Positions 27,632 through 42,402 are shown, counted from the stretch's first letter. The stretch: 64,000 bases of DNA from Octopus vulgaris (GCA_951406725.2 OX597817.1:18600001-18664000), one strand, 5' to 3'. Numbers and translations are program-made. Notes: a model not told the origin generated them from the letters alone.

Positions 27632-27889
27632 TAATAATAATAATAATAATAATAATAATTGTGATAGCAACACCGTTGTAACATGTGAGAGTGATAAAAC
27701 ACTGCTACGAAATCTATCCAAAAATGTCGGGAATAAAGACATCAAATGAAGCCAAAAATAACTGACAGTGTTGCACTATATCCGAGTAAGTAATACTCAT
27801 TGACATTTATTTCTGTTTTCCAAATGAAATGATGTATTTTAAATGTATAATCACCTCCATTGCTCTTGCAGCACGTGTAAACACGCTCG

Positions 27890-29667
27890 CCACATTACAA
27901 TCCAATCAACATCGGACAATCTCCGTCCCCAAACACCATGCATATAAAATAAAAGATAAATTAAATAATACCTGTATTATTCAACCCAAGAATAACAATC
28001 TGTAAGTACGTGCTTTAAACTTGTTACACAAAAAGTACGAGAAACTGCATGTGCAAAACCATTTAACAGCAGAAATGAACGAAACGGTACCCTGCGAAAA
28101 TGATGACTATCAAAATAAAAGGCCGGATGTTATTCCTTATGTCCAGAAAATAGAATACAGAAAGCATAAATGGACACGTGAGGAATATATTTCAGGCCTA
28201 CACGCTTATTTTACAGCGGTGCTCTATCCAAAGAACGAAAACACAACAGCATATACATATAACATCTCGTAGAAAAATAACCTAGATAAAGACTTGGATA
28301 CAGCAATGAACCATAATAAACTAGCTAACATACGAAGGTATATTCTCAAAACAAACAAACAAATATCAGAAATAGAAATAGAGCAATTAAAAGGAAAGAT
28401 ACATCAGAAAAATCTAGATAGTAACCACACAGCAATGTCAAATAATATTATAAGCACTGGGACTGTAAAACACGAAGAGTGACGTAATATTTCCATCGAA
28501 AACGAAGTAAACAACGAAAGACAGCAAACCCAGACCGTAAGAATGTATAATGATGTGCAAAATACACCAAACCATAACACCACAGACAAAAATATAAACT
28601 GTCAGGAATAAGAAACAAATCAAAATCCTGGAAACAGAGAAGGTGAACCTAATGATTATGATACTCTAAAAATGAGCATAATCAAAGAACTGAAAGCCAC
28701 AGATCTCAGTATGAACCACCGATTGTACCTCCGAAAAATTAAAATTGATGCTAAAGCAACATCAATAATAAATAGCATGAACCTGGCCGTAACAGAACCA
28801 ATAGCAACAGAAACAAATGTCAATATGATCAAGCTAAATAATATAATATATGCAGCAGCCGCTGTGGCCACATAGGAAGCTGGATAACCCCTCAAACTCA
28901 TCCGAACAAGAGTACCACCACTCAAACAAACCCTGTTGATAAATAAGATCCAGAAAAAATAGAAAACAAGAGAAAAGATCTATCGATCCTTAACAAAACT
29001 AGTAGACAATCAACACTACAAAGCAACAAGAAGAGAACAAAATACTACGCAAATACAAAATTACAAAACACGGTATACCTGAGGTAAAAGAACAGCTAAA
29101 GTAAGATATCATCGGCAAAACACAAAGATTCCCCCGGTATGAGGCGGTGAGCTGGCAGAAATGTTAGCGCGCCGGGAGAAATGCTTAGCGGTATTTCGAC
29201 TGCCGTTCCGTTCTAAGTTCAAATTCCGCCGAGGTCGACTTTGCCTTTCATCCTTTCGGGGTCGATTAAATAAGTACCAGTTACGCACTGGGGTCGATAT
29301 AATCGACTTAATCCGTTTGTCTGTCCTTGTTTGTCCTCTCTGTGTTTAGCCCCTTGTGGGTAGTAAAGAAATAGGTATGAGAAACGCTAACGTCTCTTTG
29401 AACAAAGCATACAGTTCAACTCCAACCCCAAAAGATTCTACTAAGAACTCGGCAATAATAAAATAGACATCAATGCTGCACCAACAGTAGAAGAGGTGGA
29501 AGAATTTTGGAAAGAAATATGATCGGCGAAGAAACAGCCCCAGAAAAGGTCTATCAAAACAATGAATTCTGCACCTGAACCACTCTAACAACTGGAGAGG
29601 TCACTGAGGCACTGCAAAACCTAAACAACTGGAAGACACCTGGGCATGACAAGATCTTCAATTTCTG
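27890..29667 (+). pseudogene. Decayed 5' half of a Dong/R4 LINE, interrupted by SINE B
   Basis: KWTREEY...KLANIRRYI...SEIEIEQLK; RYEKR...FNSNPKRFY; EEFWKEI; NNWKTPGHDKI. Confidence 0.75.
29144..29373 (+). mobile_element. SINE family B nested in Dong
   Basis: 8-bp TSD GGTATGAG (29136-29143, 29374-29381); removing it restores the Dong frame. Confidence 0.9.
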
Positions 29668-29841
29668 AAGTAATGTGTGTATGCACGGTATACACTGAAA
29701 AGAACGATCATCTACAAAGCATACAAAGGTTAAAAAATGTGGCGGGGAGAATAATAGAGATGTTGCCCTCCTGATACAGGAAGAAATCTAGAGATAATCG
29801 AGGAACCCCATTGTCACAGATTTCCCTGAAGCCTCAGGGTT

Positions 29842-29905
<64 letters not shown>

Positions 29906-30004
29906 TAGGTGGCTGGACGTGTTCTTCGCTGCTGTGACCTGTCAGCAGCTCAAGACACAGAAACGCTAATACAACCCAGCAGGACAACTGAAAAAATAAC
30001 TCTT

Positions 30005-30900
30005 AAAGACTGGAATATCTGGAATTTCCTGCGAGAATTTTGAATTCCCTCAAAATAAGTTAGGGAACTTACATATCTACAGATTTGCACATAGAAACGA
30101 ACTCCTCAAAAACTTTAGAAACTTTAACATCTCCGATTTTGTGTAAAAATTTTGTCTTCTCTTCTTCCCTGACTAACACAATACGTAAATATGCCTTTTA
30201 TTGTAACAATACAATTAAATGCACAATAAAAAAACGGAATTACGCATCTGCCAATAAATACATACTGCATAACTACAAAAGCTGTAAACCACAGCAAAAC
30301 CTTGAAGAAGAAAAGAAAAATTCCAAAAGATAAAGAAAAAGAAATTCAGAAATTCAAAAATCCAGCGAGGTGAACATCACTTTCTTCTACTATTCCCAAA
30401 GACTGGAATATCTACAATTTCCTGTGAATATTTTAAATCTCCCTCAAAATAAAATAAGTTAGGAGACTTACATACCTACAGCTTTCGAACACACAAACGA
30501 TCAGCTTAAAAAAATAAACCTTTAATATCTACGACTACTGTGTGAATACTTATCCATTCCTCTCACCCTGAGTATTCGAAAATGTAAACATCATCCTCCT
30601 TTTTATTCTAAGAATACTACCATTTCTCTCAGTGCAGTCATACAAAAAACCATATTTAGTAAATCTTAAAATTTTACTATCTACAACACGTTTTCTTTTC
30701 TTTTTTACTCTCCCTCAGTATTCGAAAATATAAACATCCTTTTCATTGCAAAAGTCCTACTGTATTCTCTGACTGGATATACAAACGAACATCTCAAGAA
30801 AACTTAAAAACATTAAATATACCCAAATACGTAAACACACATTTTATTGCAGCAACACAATTGAATTCAGAAATTCAAAAATTCAACGACGTGAATATCA
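30005..30900. repeat. Degenerate tandem repeat, ~390-bp period
   Basis: AAAGACTGGAATATCT...CCCTCAAAATAA...ACTTACATA.CTACAG at ~30005 and ~30398. Confidence 0.6.
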
Positions 30901-30928
30901 GTATTTTTTTTGTGTGTGTGTGTGTGTC

Positions 30929-30966
<38 letters not shown>

Positions 30967-31179
30967 TGTGTGTGTATGTGTGTGTATGTGTGTGTGTGTA
31001 TGTGTGTGTGTGTATACACCTCGAAACCACAACAGTAAACAAGAGAGACAGAGACAGGCAGAAACAAGGAAAATGCCACTTGCATTTGAACATTATGCAA
31101 ATATTCTTTTAAAAAATCTTTACTTTTAATTTTTCCAAAATTTAATTGTTTTCCATACTTACAGTTGAAAAGTCTCAAT

Positions 31180-31253
<74 letters not shown>

Positions 31254-31757
31254 TATTGTTTTTTTCTAACAGTAGTTACAAATAGATCAGGTTTAGTTGC
31301 TTCTTTTGAAGGCAGTGCTCTCAGTGGTCAGTGGCCACTGGTAATAGTAAACACATTTGACCTCTGCTGACACAAAGTGTTCCAAAATTCCTTTGCCTCT
31401 ATGGTTGACCTCCCCACCATCTGCCGAATCTCTTTATAGACCTGTACTACATGATCTATTCACCAAACTGCTACCAAACTAGTTCCTCAAACAATGGTAG
31501 TGGTGGTGGTGGTGGTCATGGTGATAATTATAAAAATAGAAATAATAATCATATGCTTCAGCTGAAAATGCTAAATACTACTAACACTACAATTATACTA
31601 CAACTGCTACTATTATGATAGTACAGAAATCTGAGGCCCAACTACCACCCTTACCACTACACCCGTACCTACTGGTGTTGCTCTTCTTGCAACCACTGCT
31701 GCTACTAGACACAAAAACAATAATATGAGAGATATCAGAGATGATAATAATAATAAT

Positions 31758-34700
31758 GAAAGGAAACACGTGGAGCCTCCCTCTCCTCATTGGCTGATTA
31801 ATGATACATCTAGTGATGGTGTCACAATAAAAACACTGGTGATTGTGCAACCTGATAATCGTTACCTCATATGAGTGACAATGATAAAACAAAATATTGT
31901 GAATAACGGTGGTAATGAAACTGAAGCCAATGATGGTGGCAGTGATACCCCCTGCAGGCCCAGAGATTCTGGACCGGCTCCAGCCTGTCGACATACAAAA
32001 AGGGACCACCACACACGGCGTAGATAGAGCAAGCAAATTAATGCTGTGGTCATGGAGTGTTACTACCTGAGCAGCCCGGTAGATGAAAATGGTGCTCAAA
32101 TTAGGGGTTACCGACAACGTATATATGATCATTGGAGAGAAAAGTGATTGTTTCAACTCACGGAACAGAGACTATGTGTTCAAGCTGGAGCAATTAGAAA
32201 AATCGTTGGTTCACAGAAGTAGAGCTCGAAGCTATCAAAGGACGGGTCATGGAAAACAGCAGGAGATATAACAATAAAAATACAGTTCTTATTAATAAGA
32301 GTAATCCCATAGCACAGGAAAAGAGCAGTGGTAGTTTACTTGATGAGTGACACATAGATGATCTAAAAGAAGACAATAAAACTAATGGTGACATGACAGA
32401 TGAACAAAAGGCAATCTACGACAAAATAATGGCAAGACTACAGGAGAACAATAGCGACATTATTTGCAACCATAAAAAAAGTTGATCGATGGAAATTGAA
32501 CTAAGAAACGAAAAATGTCAATGAAATTCTGAAATACATCAGATCAAACAACATCACAGAAACAAATAATTTGATCAAGGCAGCAAGTATTGTTGTAGCA
32601 GAAAATGTGGGCGTTGATGTCAAGAAAAAGAAACATAATGCGAGTGACAAAAGAAAAGATCCATGGTGGAAAAGAAGAATACAGACAGGATTAGAATGCT
32701 CTCGAAGGAAATCTCTATGTTAGAATGAAAAGGGGAGCTTAAAAGCAAACAAAAATACAGGGTGCTGAAAAGGAAGTATAATATTGAAAGAAAGAACCAG
32801 AAATTACTAATGGTTGAACTGAAACCGCGCTTCGTTGCAAAGAAAGCAAAGATGGTAAGATACGACTAAAGAATGAAGGGTTACCACAAGAATAGGTTAT
32901 ACAGAGTAGATCAGAAGAAATTCTATAAAAAAATAAATGGACAGTGTACAGATGAAAAGTCGACACCAGATAAAACTGAAAGTCAAAGGTTTTGGAGTGA
33001 CATCTGGAGCGAATACAAGGAGCACAAGAAGGATGCTGAATGGTGCAAAAGTGAGACAAACAGTAGTCTGTCCAAAGCAGTCATTTCAGTTAGGGTAGTG
33101 AAGGAAATCAGCAAAAAAATGAGCAACTGGAAGGTCCGGAATCAGATGGAGTTCAAGGATACTGGATCAAAAGATTTGATGAATGTCATGCACGAATAGC
33201 TGTGCAACTCAAAACCTTGTTAAATGCCGACCAAGTAACACCAGAGTGGTTGACTTTGGGTAGGACAGTGCTGTGCTGGAAAAACATCGAAAAAGACAAT
33301 ACGATAGACAATTACAGGCCGATATCATGTTTACCACTTATGTGGAAATTATTGATTGGAATACTCGCAGCGTCAATGTACGAACATCTGAAAAAAAAAT
33401 GTAGTCCTGCCACGTGAGCAGAAGGGTTGCAAGCGTAAGTGCAGAGGTATCAAGGATCAACTCCTGATAGATAAAACTATACTTAGAGACTGCAAGAGGA
33501 GAACAAGTTACTTGGTCATGTTATGGATCGACTATCGTAAGGCGTACGACATTTTCCCACATTCTTGCATTATGGAGTGTATTTGCATCGAATGTTGAGC
33601 GATTGCTTGGAAAAAAATATGGCGAATTGGAGACGGACCTAACGGCATACGGAAGAAGTTTAGGGACAGTAGAAATTAGGAGGGGCATCTTCCAAGGGGA
33701 CTGCCCGTCCCCACTGATCTTTGTACTGTGTTTGATACCGCTAACACTGATTCAGAGGAAAGCAAATGCTGGGTATGTATTCAAAAGCCCCCAACAAAAA
33801 GTCAACGATTTGTTATTCATGGATGATCTCAAACTTTATGGTAAAGATGAAGCCCAAGTTAGTTCCCTCGTTGATACAGTGAATACGTTCAGTGCTGATA
33901 TCGGAATGGAGTTCGGACTGAGAAAGCGTGGTGTGTTTGTCTTGAAGAGAAGCAAAATCAAATGTATGGACCAGCTAACGATACTGTTGGGGATGTTATG
34001 AAGCAGATAGAAGAGACGGGCTATAAGTACTTGGGGATTTTGGAAATGGATAAATTGATGGAGATAGAAATGACAGAAAATGTAGGGTATAGTATTTGCG
34101 CAGAGTGAGACTGATCCTTAAGTCGAAATTAAACGGACAGAATAAAACTGAAGCTATCAACACCGAAGCACCTTCAATCCTTAGATATAGACCAGGTAGT
34201 CGCATGGACAGTAGACGAACTAAACAGCTTAGACAGAAAGACAAGGAAGTTGCTAACTAGATATGTGTCACACCACTCAAAACGTGACACAGTCAGGGTA
34301 TATGTATCAAGGAAAAGAGGGGGATGAGGACTTATTGGATGCGATCACAGCATTAGAGTAGAAGAAAAGAACATAGCATGGTATGTAAAAATGCTACAGG
34401 ACCGCTATTCTTAGAAGTAAGAAGGTCAGGCTTGTGTAGGAAGAAACTTGCAAAGATAAAGCATTGTACAAGCAATTGAAAACGAATGAAACTGAAAATA
34501 GATGGGTAAAGAAATGAATGTATGGTCAATTTCATAGGGATGTTGAAGATAAGACAGACAGAAAAAAAAGGCTGTGGATGACTAAAAGTGATTTAAAACC
34601 GGAAACGGAGACTCTGATCTTTGCTGCCAAGAGCAAGCACTAAGAACAAACTACATAAAATACAGTGTAGACAACAAGCAGAAAGTGATAAGTGCAGAAT

Positions 34701-35340
34701 CCGTGGACAAAATGGTGAAACCGTATGGCATATTACCAGCCAATGTACGCCACTAACCCAGAAGGAGTATAAGAGACGCCACGACATTATAGCCTGGTTT
34801 GTCCATTGGACACTTTGCAACAAGTATGGACTTGACAGAGAAAAATATTGATACGGCTATAAAGCCGAAGGCATCTCGAAAATGGAAATGCAAAGATCAT
34901 ATGGTATTTCATGATTCAGTGCGATCATGAGATAGAGAATAGGAAGCCAGACATAGTGTTAATTGAGAAAGAAAGCAAACAATGCTGGATCATAGATATA
35001 GCATGCCCAGCTGACAACAAGGTATGCGATAAGGAAGAAAGAAAAGTCGATAGGTATGACAGGTTAGCTTGGGAGGTAAAGCAGTTACAGACGATGAAAA
35101 ATGTGGTAGTAGTGCTAATAATTGTCGGATCCCTGGGAACAGTGAGTAAAAATCTCGAGAACTACGTGGAACAAATAGGAGCTGCAATAAGGGTGGAGCA
35201 CTTGCAGAAAACAGCACTGCTTGGAACCGCTCGAATACTCCGGAAGGTGCTCGAAAAATAAGGTTTGTTATTTTAGTTCACTGGTAGTGAACATCTGACA
35301 CCGTGGTGCATCTCCAGCATTAGAAGCTGTGCAAAGGCTA
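31758..35340 (+). mobile_element. Near full-length decayed Dong/R4 LINE (RT, CCHC knuckle, RLE)
   Basis: [45 protein letters not shown]...ETVWHITSQC...KRRHD, RKPDIV...IDIACP...LQKTALLGTARILR. Many frameshifts; (TAA)n flanks. Confidence 0.92.
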
Positions 35341-35350
35341 TGATAATAAT

Positions 35351-35458
<108 letters not shown>

Positions 35459-35478
35459 AACAACAACAATAATAATAA

Positions 35479-37157
35479 CAGGACTATTCCAGGGAGATAC
35501 GCTCTCTCAATTCCTTTTTTACTTGGCACTGTGCATATTTATCTGCAATGCTAAACAGAACTGGATGTGGATACAACTGTTACAGTAAAACAATCAGTCA
35601 CCTCTTATATATGGATGATATAAAACCGTACACTACAAATGATAAACAGCTGGAAACATTACTACAGATAGCACATGGATTTACCACAGAAATAAACATG
35701 AAATTTGACTTAGAAAAATGTGCCTAAGCAACCTTGAAAAGATGAAAACTAGTTCAGAGTAACAACAGCATACTAGATAAAGTAAATGAAATAAGGGAAT
35801 TGGACCAAAGTCAGACATACAAATACTTAGGAATCAATGAACTAGATACGATACAGCACAAACAAATGAAAGTGAAAGTAAGAAAAGAATACTACAGTAC
35901 AGACAAGTTACATTAATACTGGAAACAGAGCTAAATGTGAAAATCAAGATAATAGGTATCAACACCATCCCAGTTATAAGTTACAGCTACAAAGTTTCTT
36001 AACTGGACTCTAAATAAACTAGTTCAAATAGACAGGAAAGCAGGAAAAATAATGATAGTAGTTAGGATGCACCACCCAAAATCTTACAAAGAAAGGTTAT
36101 ATAGACAACGTATCGAAAGTGGTACAGGCCCTATACAGCTAGAAAACTATTATAAAATAACCACCATAGGACTACAGAAACACCTACTTCAGAAGCAAGG
36201 TATATTTATACACATAGCCACAAAACACGAAAAAAACAAGGAACTGTTTTCAGTACTTAAGGAGGCTGACAAATACAAAAAAGTCAGAGTACCTAACAAC
36301 TATGAAGACAAAATTGAAAGAACAAAAATTGTAGAACAATTGAAATCCAAACTAAAACTGGAACAGCAATGGATCATGATAAAACGATGGCAAGAAAAGC
36401 CTCTTCATGGTAAATATTAGGTTAGATTAAAGGCAAAATCCCAACAATGGCCAAGATGCTCAAGACTCGAAGCAGAGACTGAAGGAATTATAATTGAAGC
36501 ACAAGACCAAAGCCTCTTCACCAGAAATTACCAAAAACATGTAAAGAAAAGAAATACAACTAGGAAATGGACAAGAAAAATGAACCATATTGTATCTGGC
36601 TGTCCAGTTCTGGCTAAGAAGGAATACATTCACAGACACGACAGAGTTGGGATCTATATAGGTATGATAAAAAAAAAATATTCAGACAAATACATAAGCA
36701 AAGCATCAGAACTAACAAGTATATATAATATACAGATTATAGCACTACTAGGTACTATACATATCCTACGTAAAACACTTTCAATATAGTAACAATAAGA
36801 GCATCACAGCAGACCACAGCTCATACCCAAAGCACACAGAGAAACTTTCAAAATACAAAGACCTGGAAATAGAGGAAACTTGAGTGTGGAATCTAAAAAC
36901 AGAAACAATTCCTATCATAGTAGACGCAATAGGTATGATAAAAAATATTCAGCAAATACATAATAAAAATACCAGGGCTAACAAATATATATATAACATA
37001 CAGAAAACTGCACTACTGGGCACTGCACACATCCTACGCAAACCACTTTCAATATAGTAACCATAAAAGCATCAAACCAAACCAGAGAATATACACAAGG
37101 CACACAGAGCTGCGCTCGGTAACGAAGTGAAAGCACGTTATAAAAATAAAACTACTG
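35479..37157 (+). mobile_element. 5'-truncated Dong/R4 LINE (second subfamily), duplicated 3' end
   Basis: GLFQGD, YMDDIK, YKYLG, LHGKY, HIVSGCPVLAKKEYIHRHD; two successive ALLGT.HILRK ends. Confidence 0.88.
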
Positions 37158-37159
37158 AC

Positions 37160-37247
<88 letters not shown>

Positions 37248-37261
37248 TATTATAATAATAA

Positions 37262-37370
37262 TCGAATACTCCGGAAGGTGCTCGAAAAATAGGAGGTGTT
37301 ACCCTTGTTCAGTGGCAGTGAACAGCTGACACTGTAGTACATCTTCAGCGTTGGAAGCTGTGTAAAGGCA
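37262..37370 (+). mobile_element. Short Dong 3' end (first subfamily)
   Basis: TCGAATACTCCGGAAGGTGCTCGAAAAATA matches 35231-35260. Confidence 0.85.
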
Positions 37371-37379
37371 ATGATAATA

Positions 37380-37420
<41 letters not shown>

Positions 37421-37464
37421 AATAATAATAATAATCATCCTTCTATTAAAATTTGGCAGAATGG

Positions 37465-37630
37465 GTCTAGTCAATCCCATTGACTCCAGTACATGACTGC
37501 TACTCCGACTCCGAAATGATGAAAGGTAAAGTCAACCTGAGCAGAATCCGAACTCTGAACGTAAAAACGGAGGAAATGCCGTCACACCTTTTGCCAGGCG
37601 TACTAATCGAGCCTAGCAGCACGCCGGCTT
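37465..37630 (-). mobile_element. Degenerate SINE B
   Basis: GATGAAAGGTAAAGTCAACCT...GAACTCTGAACGTAAA. Confidence 0.6.
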
Positions 37631-38665
37631 AGTACTGACTGATCTTAATTCTTTATCATTAGAGAGTAGGTTACTGACCCACAATGGATTTAAAAAGAGT
37701 AAAGCTGATTTGGGTTTATTTGAACCCTTAAATATTATCCAGTATTTAGTTCAGTCCTCTAGCATTTCTGCCATTCATCTTATGTTATGTGTAAAGACAT
37801 AGTAATCACCATACTGCTGACGTTTCTATTCTGTATTTATAGGCATACTCTTTGCAAATGCACTTATAGACATACCCTTTGCAAATGAAACTAACATCAA
37901 TGCAATAGATAATTTTAAACTACAAACCGATTCTACAGAAATCGTATCGTACTTAATTTATAAGAACTTGATGAAATTAGTTTGGGATTGATAGATTACA
38001 TCTCTAGAAATGGCGACGTTTTGATCTCTAGTTGAAGCCTCTTCACTTCAACAGCACTGAAATAATTCTAGCCTTAATGAAAGTTATTATAACCTCGCAT
38101 TCCTCATTCTACATAAGTGCTTAAATTATGTAGCTGCGTAAAAATTAATAGTTCTAGGAAGTAAACTCTCTTAAATCCTCAACGACGGCATCATTTGAAT
38201 TCAGTATTTCAAGATTGTCGGTTACTGTAACCCAACTACTTGACGTGGAAGTTGTTCTACACCGTGGTGAATATATATTTAGCCGAACGTAATAATTTAA
38301 CGTGTCATGGCCACGAAATAACTACAGTTTCCAGCAAAGAGATACAAACAGTTGGCATCTCGTTTCACTTCTTATCATGCAATTCAATCAAACAACGTGA
38401 CTAATATTCAAAGTGGAATTTCTTACAAATAATATTCTCATATTTTAATGAAAGAAGGACAATAACGTAATAAATAAACAGAGCGAGTTATCTGCTGCAA
38501 GAATCTGTGAGTTGATCGAAATATCAGCAGAACAATATGATATTCAAAGATTCTTCTGAATAGAAAGAAGTATTTAAGATGAAGTAAAAAGAAAAGACAA
38601 CAAACAAGCAAAAACAAACAGCTGGGTAACAATCTGCACTTTTGAGTAGACAAAGATATATTTGA

Positions 38666-38773
<108 letters not shown>

Positions 38774-38782
38774 ATACATACA

Positions 38783-38822
<40 letters not shown>

Positions 38823-38851
38823 TATGTATACATATATTAATATAAATATAA

Positions 38852-38902
<51 letters not shown>

Positions 38903-39137
38903 TACATATATATATATAATTTACATATATATTTTCTCTTTCCGGTATGTTTAAAAAACACTCGAATTCTTCAGTGACGTATGTATATAGCTATGTAATT
39001 GAATAAGCACATACAATTACGTAAACACAAGAGTCGCTACATACATACATAAATGTATGCATACACACATAATACACGCATACATAAATACATACATATA
39101 TGTATATATATATATATATAGAGAGAGAGAGATACAC

Positions 39138-39178
<41 letters not shown>

Positions 39179-39741
39179 CATATATATCACATACACGTGT
39201 CTAGATAAATGTAATGTATATTATTAAGTACGTATACAAATACCGACAAACATGTACACACAAATACACACTCATACACACAATACAAACACTCAAAAGT
39301 ATATAAAGGAAAATACAGTCTGTCATATTTAAATATAATTTGGCCCATTTGAAACGAGAATAAAAGTAAACAGGAATAAATATTAAGTGAATGGAAATGT
39401 ATAAACAAGATGAATAATATACATCATTATATATAAAGAAAGAAACGGTAGGTATACAAAGTCATTTGGAGTCATTTGTGTAAGAAAACTACCAGCGGCC
39501 ATAAAGATACAAGGGAAGATGAACAATAAAACCAATTACACTATACCTCAGGAAATATTCCCGGAAATGATTGATTATTACCAATAACTTATACTCTAGA
39601 ACATGTCATGTGAGTATATGCAATCCGAGAGAAAAACACACGCATATATATGTATACATATATATATATATATACATACACGTGTATATATGTATGTATA
39701 AATATATATATGTATGTATATATATATACATATATACATAT

Positions 39742-39777
<36 letters not shown>

Positions 39778-39783
39778 TATAAA

Positions 39784-39953
39784 GGTGTAGGAGTGGCTGT
39801 GTGGTAAGTAGCTTGCTTCCGAACCACATGGTTCCGAGTTCAGTCCCTCTGCGTGGTACCTTGGGCAAGTGTCTTCTAGTATGGCCTTGGGCCGACCAAA
39901 GCCTTGTGAGTGGATTTGGTAGACGGAAACTGAAAGAAGCCCGTCGTATATAC

Positions 39954-40031
<78 letters not shown>

Positions 40032-40264
40032 GCATGTGTATGTATATGTTTGTGTGTCTGTGTCTGCTCACCTCCACCACCGGTTGACAATCGATACTGA
40101 TGTGTTTACGTCCCCATAACTTAGCGGTTCAGCAAAAGAGACCGATAAGTACTATGCTTATAAATAATAAGTCTTGGGGTTGATTTGCTCGATTAAAGGT
40201 GGTGCTCGAGCATGGCAACAGTCAAATGACTGAAACAAGTAAAAGAGTAAAAGAGTAAAGAGTA
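39784..40264 (+). mobile_element. SINE family A, full length
   Basis: Head, core, expanded internal (TA)n, tail with (AAAAGAGT)n. Confidence 0.9.
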
Positions 40265-40271
40265 TATACAT

Positions 40272-40350
<79 letters not shown>

Positions 40351-40408
40351 AATAAATATATATACATATATATTTACACATACATGCATATAGATATAGA
40401 TACTACGT

Positions 40409-40696
40409 ATCAAGCTGAGTAAAAAGTAAACAATGTTTTGAAACATGAAATTCATCGCAACATATTTCAACAATGCGAAATTTTATGCATCACGTAAGTA
40501 ATTTTACAATCAACCCACTTTTCCAACGAGTTACAAGTTTGTTTATTCCGGTAACATAAACATCTGGTGTTCTGGGGCTGATGAACTCCTTGGACCCACT
40601 TTCAACATCGGTCTGATTTTTGACCTCCTTCACTCGCAGGAAATCATAAATGTTCTTGAAATAGTGGTAGTCGGCAGATAAATGAGTGCTAAACAT
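40409..40696 (-). pseudogene. Mariner transposase C-terminal fragment
   Basis: LSADYHYFK...KNQTDVES..KEFI..RTPD.YVTGINKLVTRW. Confidence 0.75.
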
Positions 40697-40712
40697 TATT
40701 GGATGTACAGTC

Positions 40713-42102
40713 TCTTTATTTGTGACTTAAGGCTACCATTAGTTTCATGTTAAGAAAGGGGAAACTATCCTAGTGTCAACAATTTTTGAAGTCGATTACA
40801 TGGAGAAAGGTGTTCGCCTCCATTTTGGAGAAGAGTCTCGCTTCGTTCACGAGATTTCTCGTAAATTCGAGTAAATACTCAATCTCAATAATATTCAATC
40901 ACAACAAAATTAAACACACCAGAAGAGCCCTAGAAAGACAATGCAACTGCAGATCCCCAGACTGAGAAGACGCAGACAGAGGGAAATCTTATGGTGTAAC
41001 CCACCTTACTGCATGAATATAGCTACTAACATAGCTAGGAAATTCTTAAATCTAATAGACAAACACTTCTACATTCACACAAATACCACAAGATCTTCAT
41101 CAAAAATACTGTTAAAATTAGCTATTGTTGCCTCCTCAAATTAGGGTCAATAATACTCAATCACAATAAACATAACTACACCAGAAACACTGCAGAAAGA
41201 AAATGCAACTTCAGATCCCCAAACCGCTGCCTTCTAAACAACAACTGTCTCAAGAAAGAACTCGCATACAAGGCCAAGTTCAAGGATCCCAACAGAATAG
41301 CAAAGACATATATTCGAATGATGGGTAACTCCTTCAAGGAAAGGTATACGCGACATCTTGCGTCATTCAGAGACAAAAACAAAAAAAACATGCAGCAATC
41401 CTATCAAATATGATATGAACATTGAAAGAAGGTGGAATAAGCAACACCTAGATAGAATGGGAAATTATTGTCAAAGCCAAATGTGAATTCTGTATTACTG
41501 AAAAATTAAACTCTATGCAATCAATAGATAACATCTTAAACATTAGGGATGAAACCTTCTCTCCCTGCATACACAAGCAATATTTTACACTCAAATATTT
41601 TGAAGAAGAGCCCATATAAACGAGGTTAACCCCACCAGGAGACCCCCTTTCTTAAACGTGAACACACAGCACACAAACTACATACAATGATGAAATATGT
41701 CTGAATGATGAACAACCTCAACATACATGGCCATAGCTCATGAGCTGAAACTAGAATCAATTAATCAATCATACAAGAACAACAACACCAAGCCCAGAAT
41801 AAAAACAAATGATCCAAAATAATATAAACAAATTAATCACAAAATAATTTCCTAAAAGAAAAACCCAAGGGAAGCAAACATCCCAAAGTGTCCACTCAAG
41901 AGTGACGTCCCTTGATTCGTTGATTCATTTTTTTTTTTACGCAAATTTACAGGAAATCCCAAGAACGAAGCGAGATTGTTTCTCAAAATGGATGCGAACA
42001 CCTTTCTTCATGTGATCGGCTTGAAAAATTGCTAAAACACTAGGATATTTTCCTCCTTTTCTTAACATGAAACCAATGGTAGTTTTAATTCACAAGTAAA
42101 GA
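40713..42102 (+). mobile_element. Truncated Naiad-type PLE bounded by ~165-bp inverted pLTRs
   Basis: REILWCNPPY...IARKFLNLIDKHF; KCNFRSPNRCLLNNNC...YKA...FKERY.RH..SFR...IEWEII...CEFC.TEK...PCIHK (stop 41617-41619). 40713-40876 is the reverse complement of 41935-42102. Confidence 0.85.
42018..42084 (+). ncRNA. Type I hammerhead motif with U3-A8 pair
   Basis: GGC-UUGAAAA-[stem II]-GAAAC-CAAUG-GUA-GUU; the inverted copy (40731-40793) has GCC after GUA. Confidence 0.55.
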
Positions 42103-42115
42103 ATTGTATTCATAC

Positions 42116-42185
42116 ATATCTTATCGTATCTTATCTTATCTAGTTTCAGCTCACGAGCTGTGGCCATGCTGGGGCACCGCCATTT
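42116..42185 (-). mobile_element. Tiny LINE/SINE 3' tail insertion
   Basis: GGCGGTGCCCCAGCATGGCCACAGCTCGTGAGCTGAAACT(AGATA)n; similar piece at 41725-41772 (+). Confidence 0.65.
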
Positions 42186-42334
42186 GGTGTTGCTACATAT
42201 ATGTATGTATGCATGTATGTATGGATGGATGTATGTATATATGTATGTATGCATGCATGTATATATATATATATGAATATAATTATATTAAGGGAGCAAG
42301 TCAGAAAACGTGATTTTTATCCTTATATGATATG

Positions 42335-42367
<33 letters not shown>

Positions 42368-42368
42368 G

Positions 42369-42402
<34 letters not shown>

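Noticed and set aside
38491-38531. Hammerhead-like UCUGCU...GAUC-GAAAUAUC-AGCAGA
   Set aside because: Stem I and the 3' core fit, but the 5' core (GCAAGA) does not; at best a relic.
41176-41720. Selenoprotein-type Naiad (UGA codons plus SECIS)
   Set aside because: The Cys positions I could read are TGC/TGT in both Naiads; no convincing SECIS.
41725-41772. SINE A mobilised by the Naiad PLE, because a similar tail lies in its 3' region
   Set aside because: The same tail pattern ends the CR1-group LINE at 60635 and occurs alone at 42116, so this is more likely a small independent insertion.
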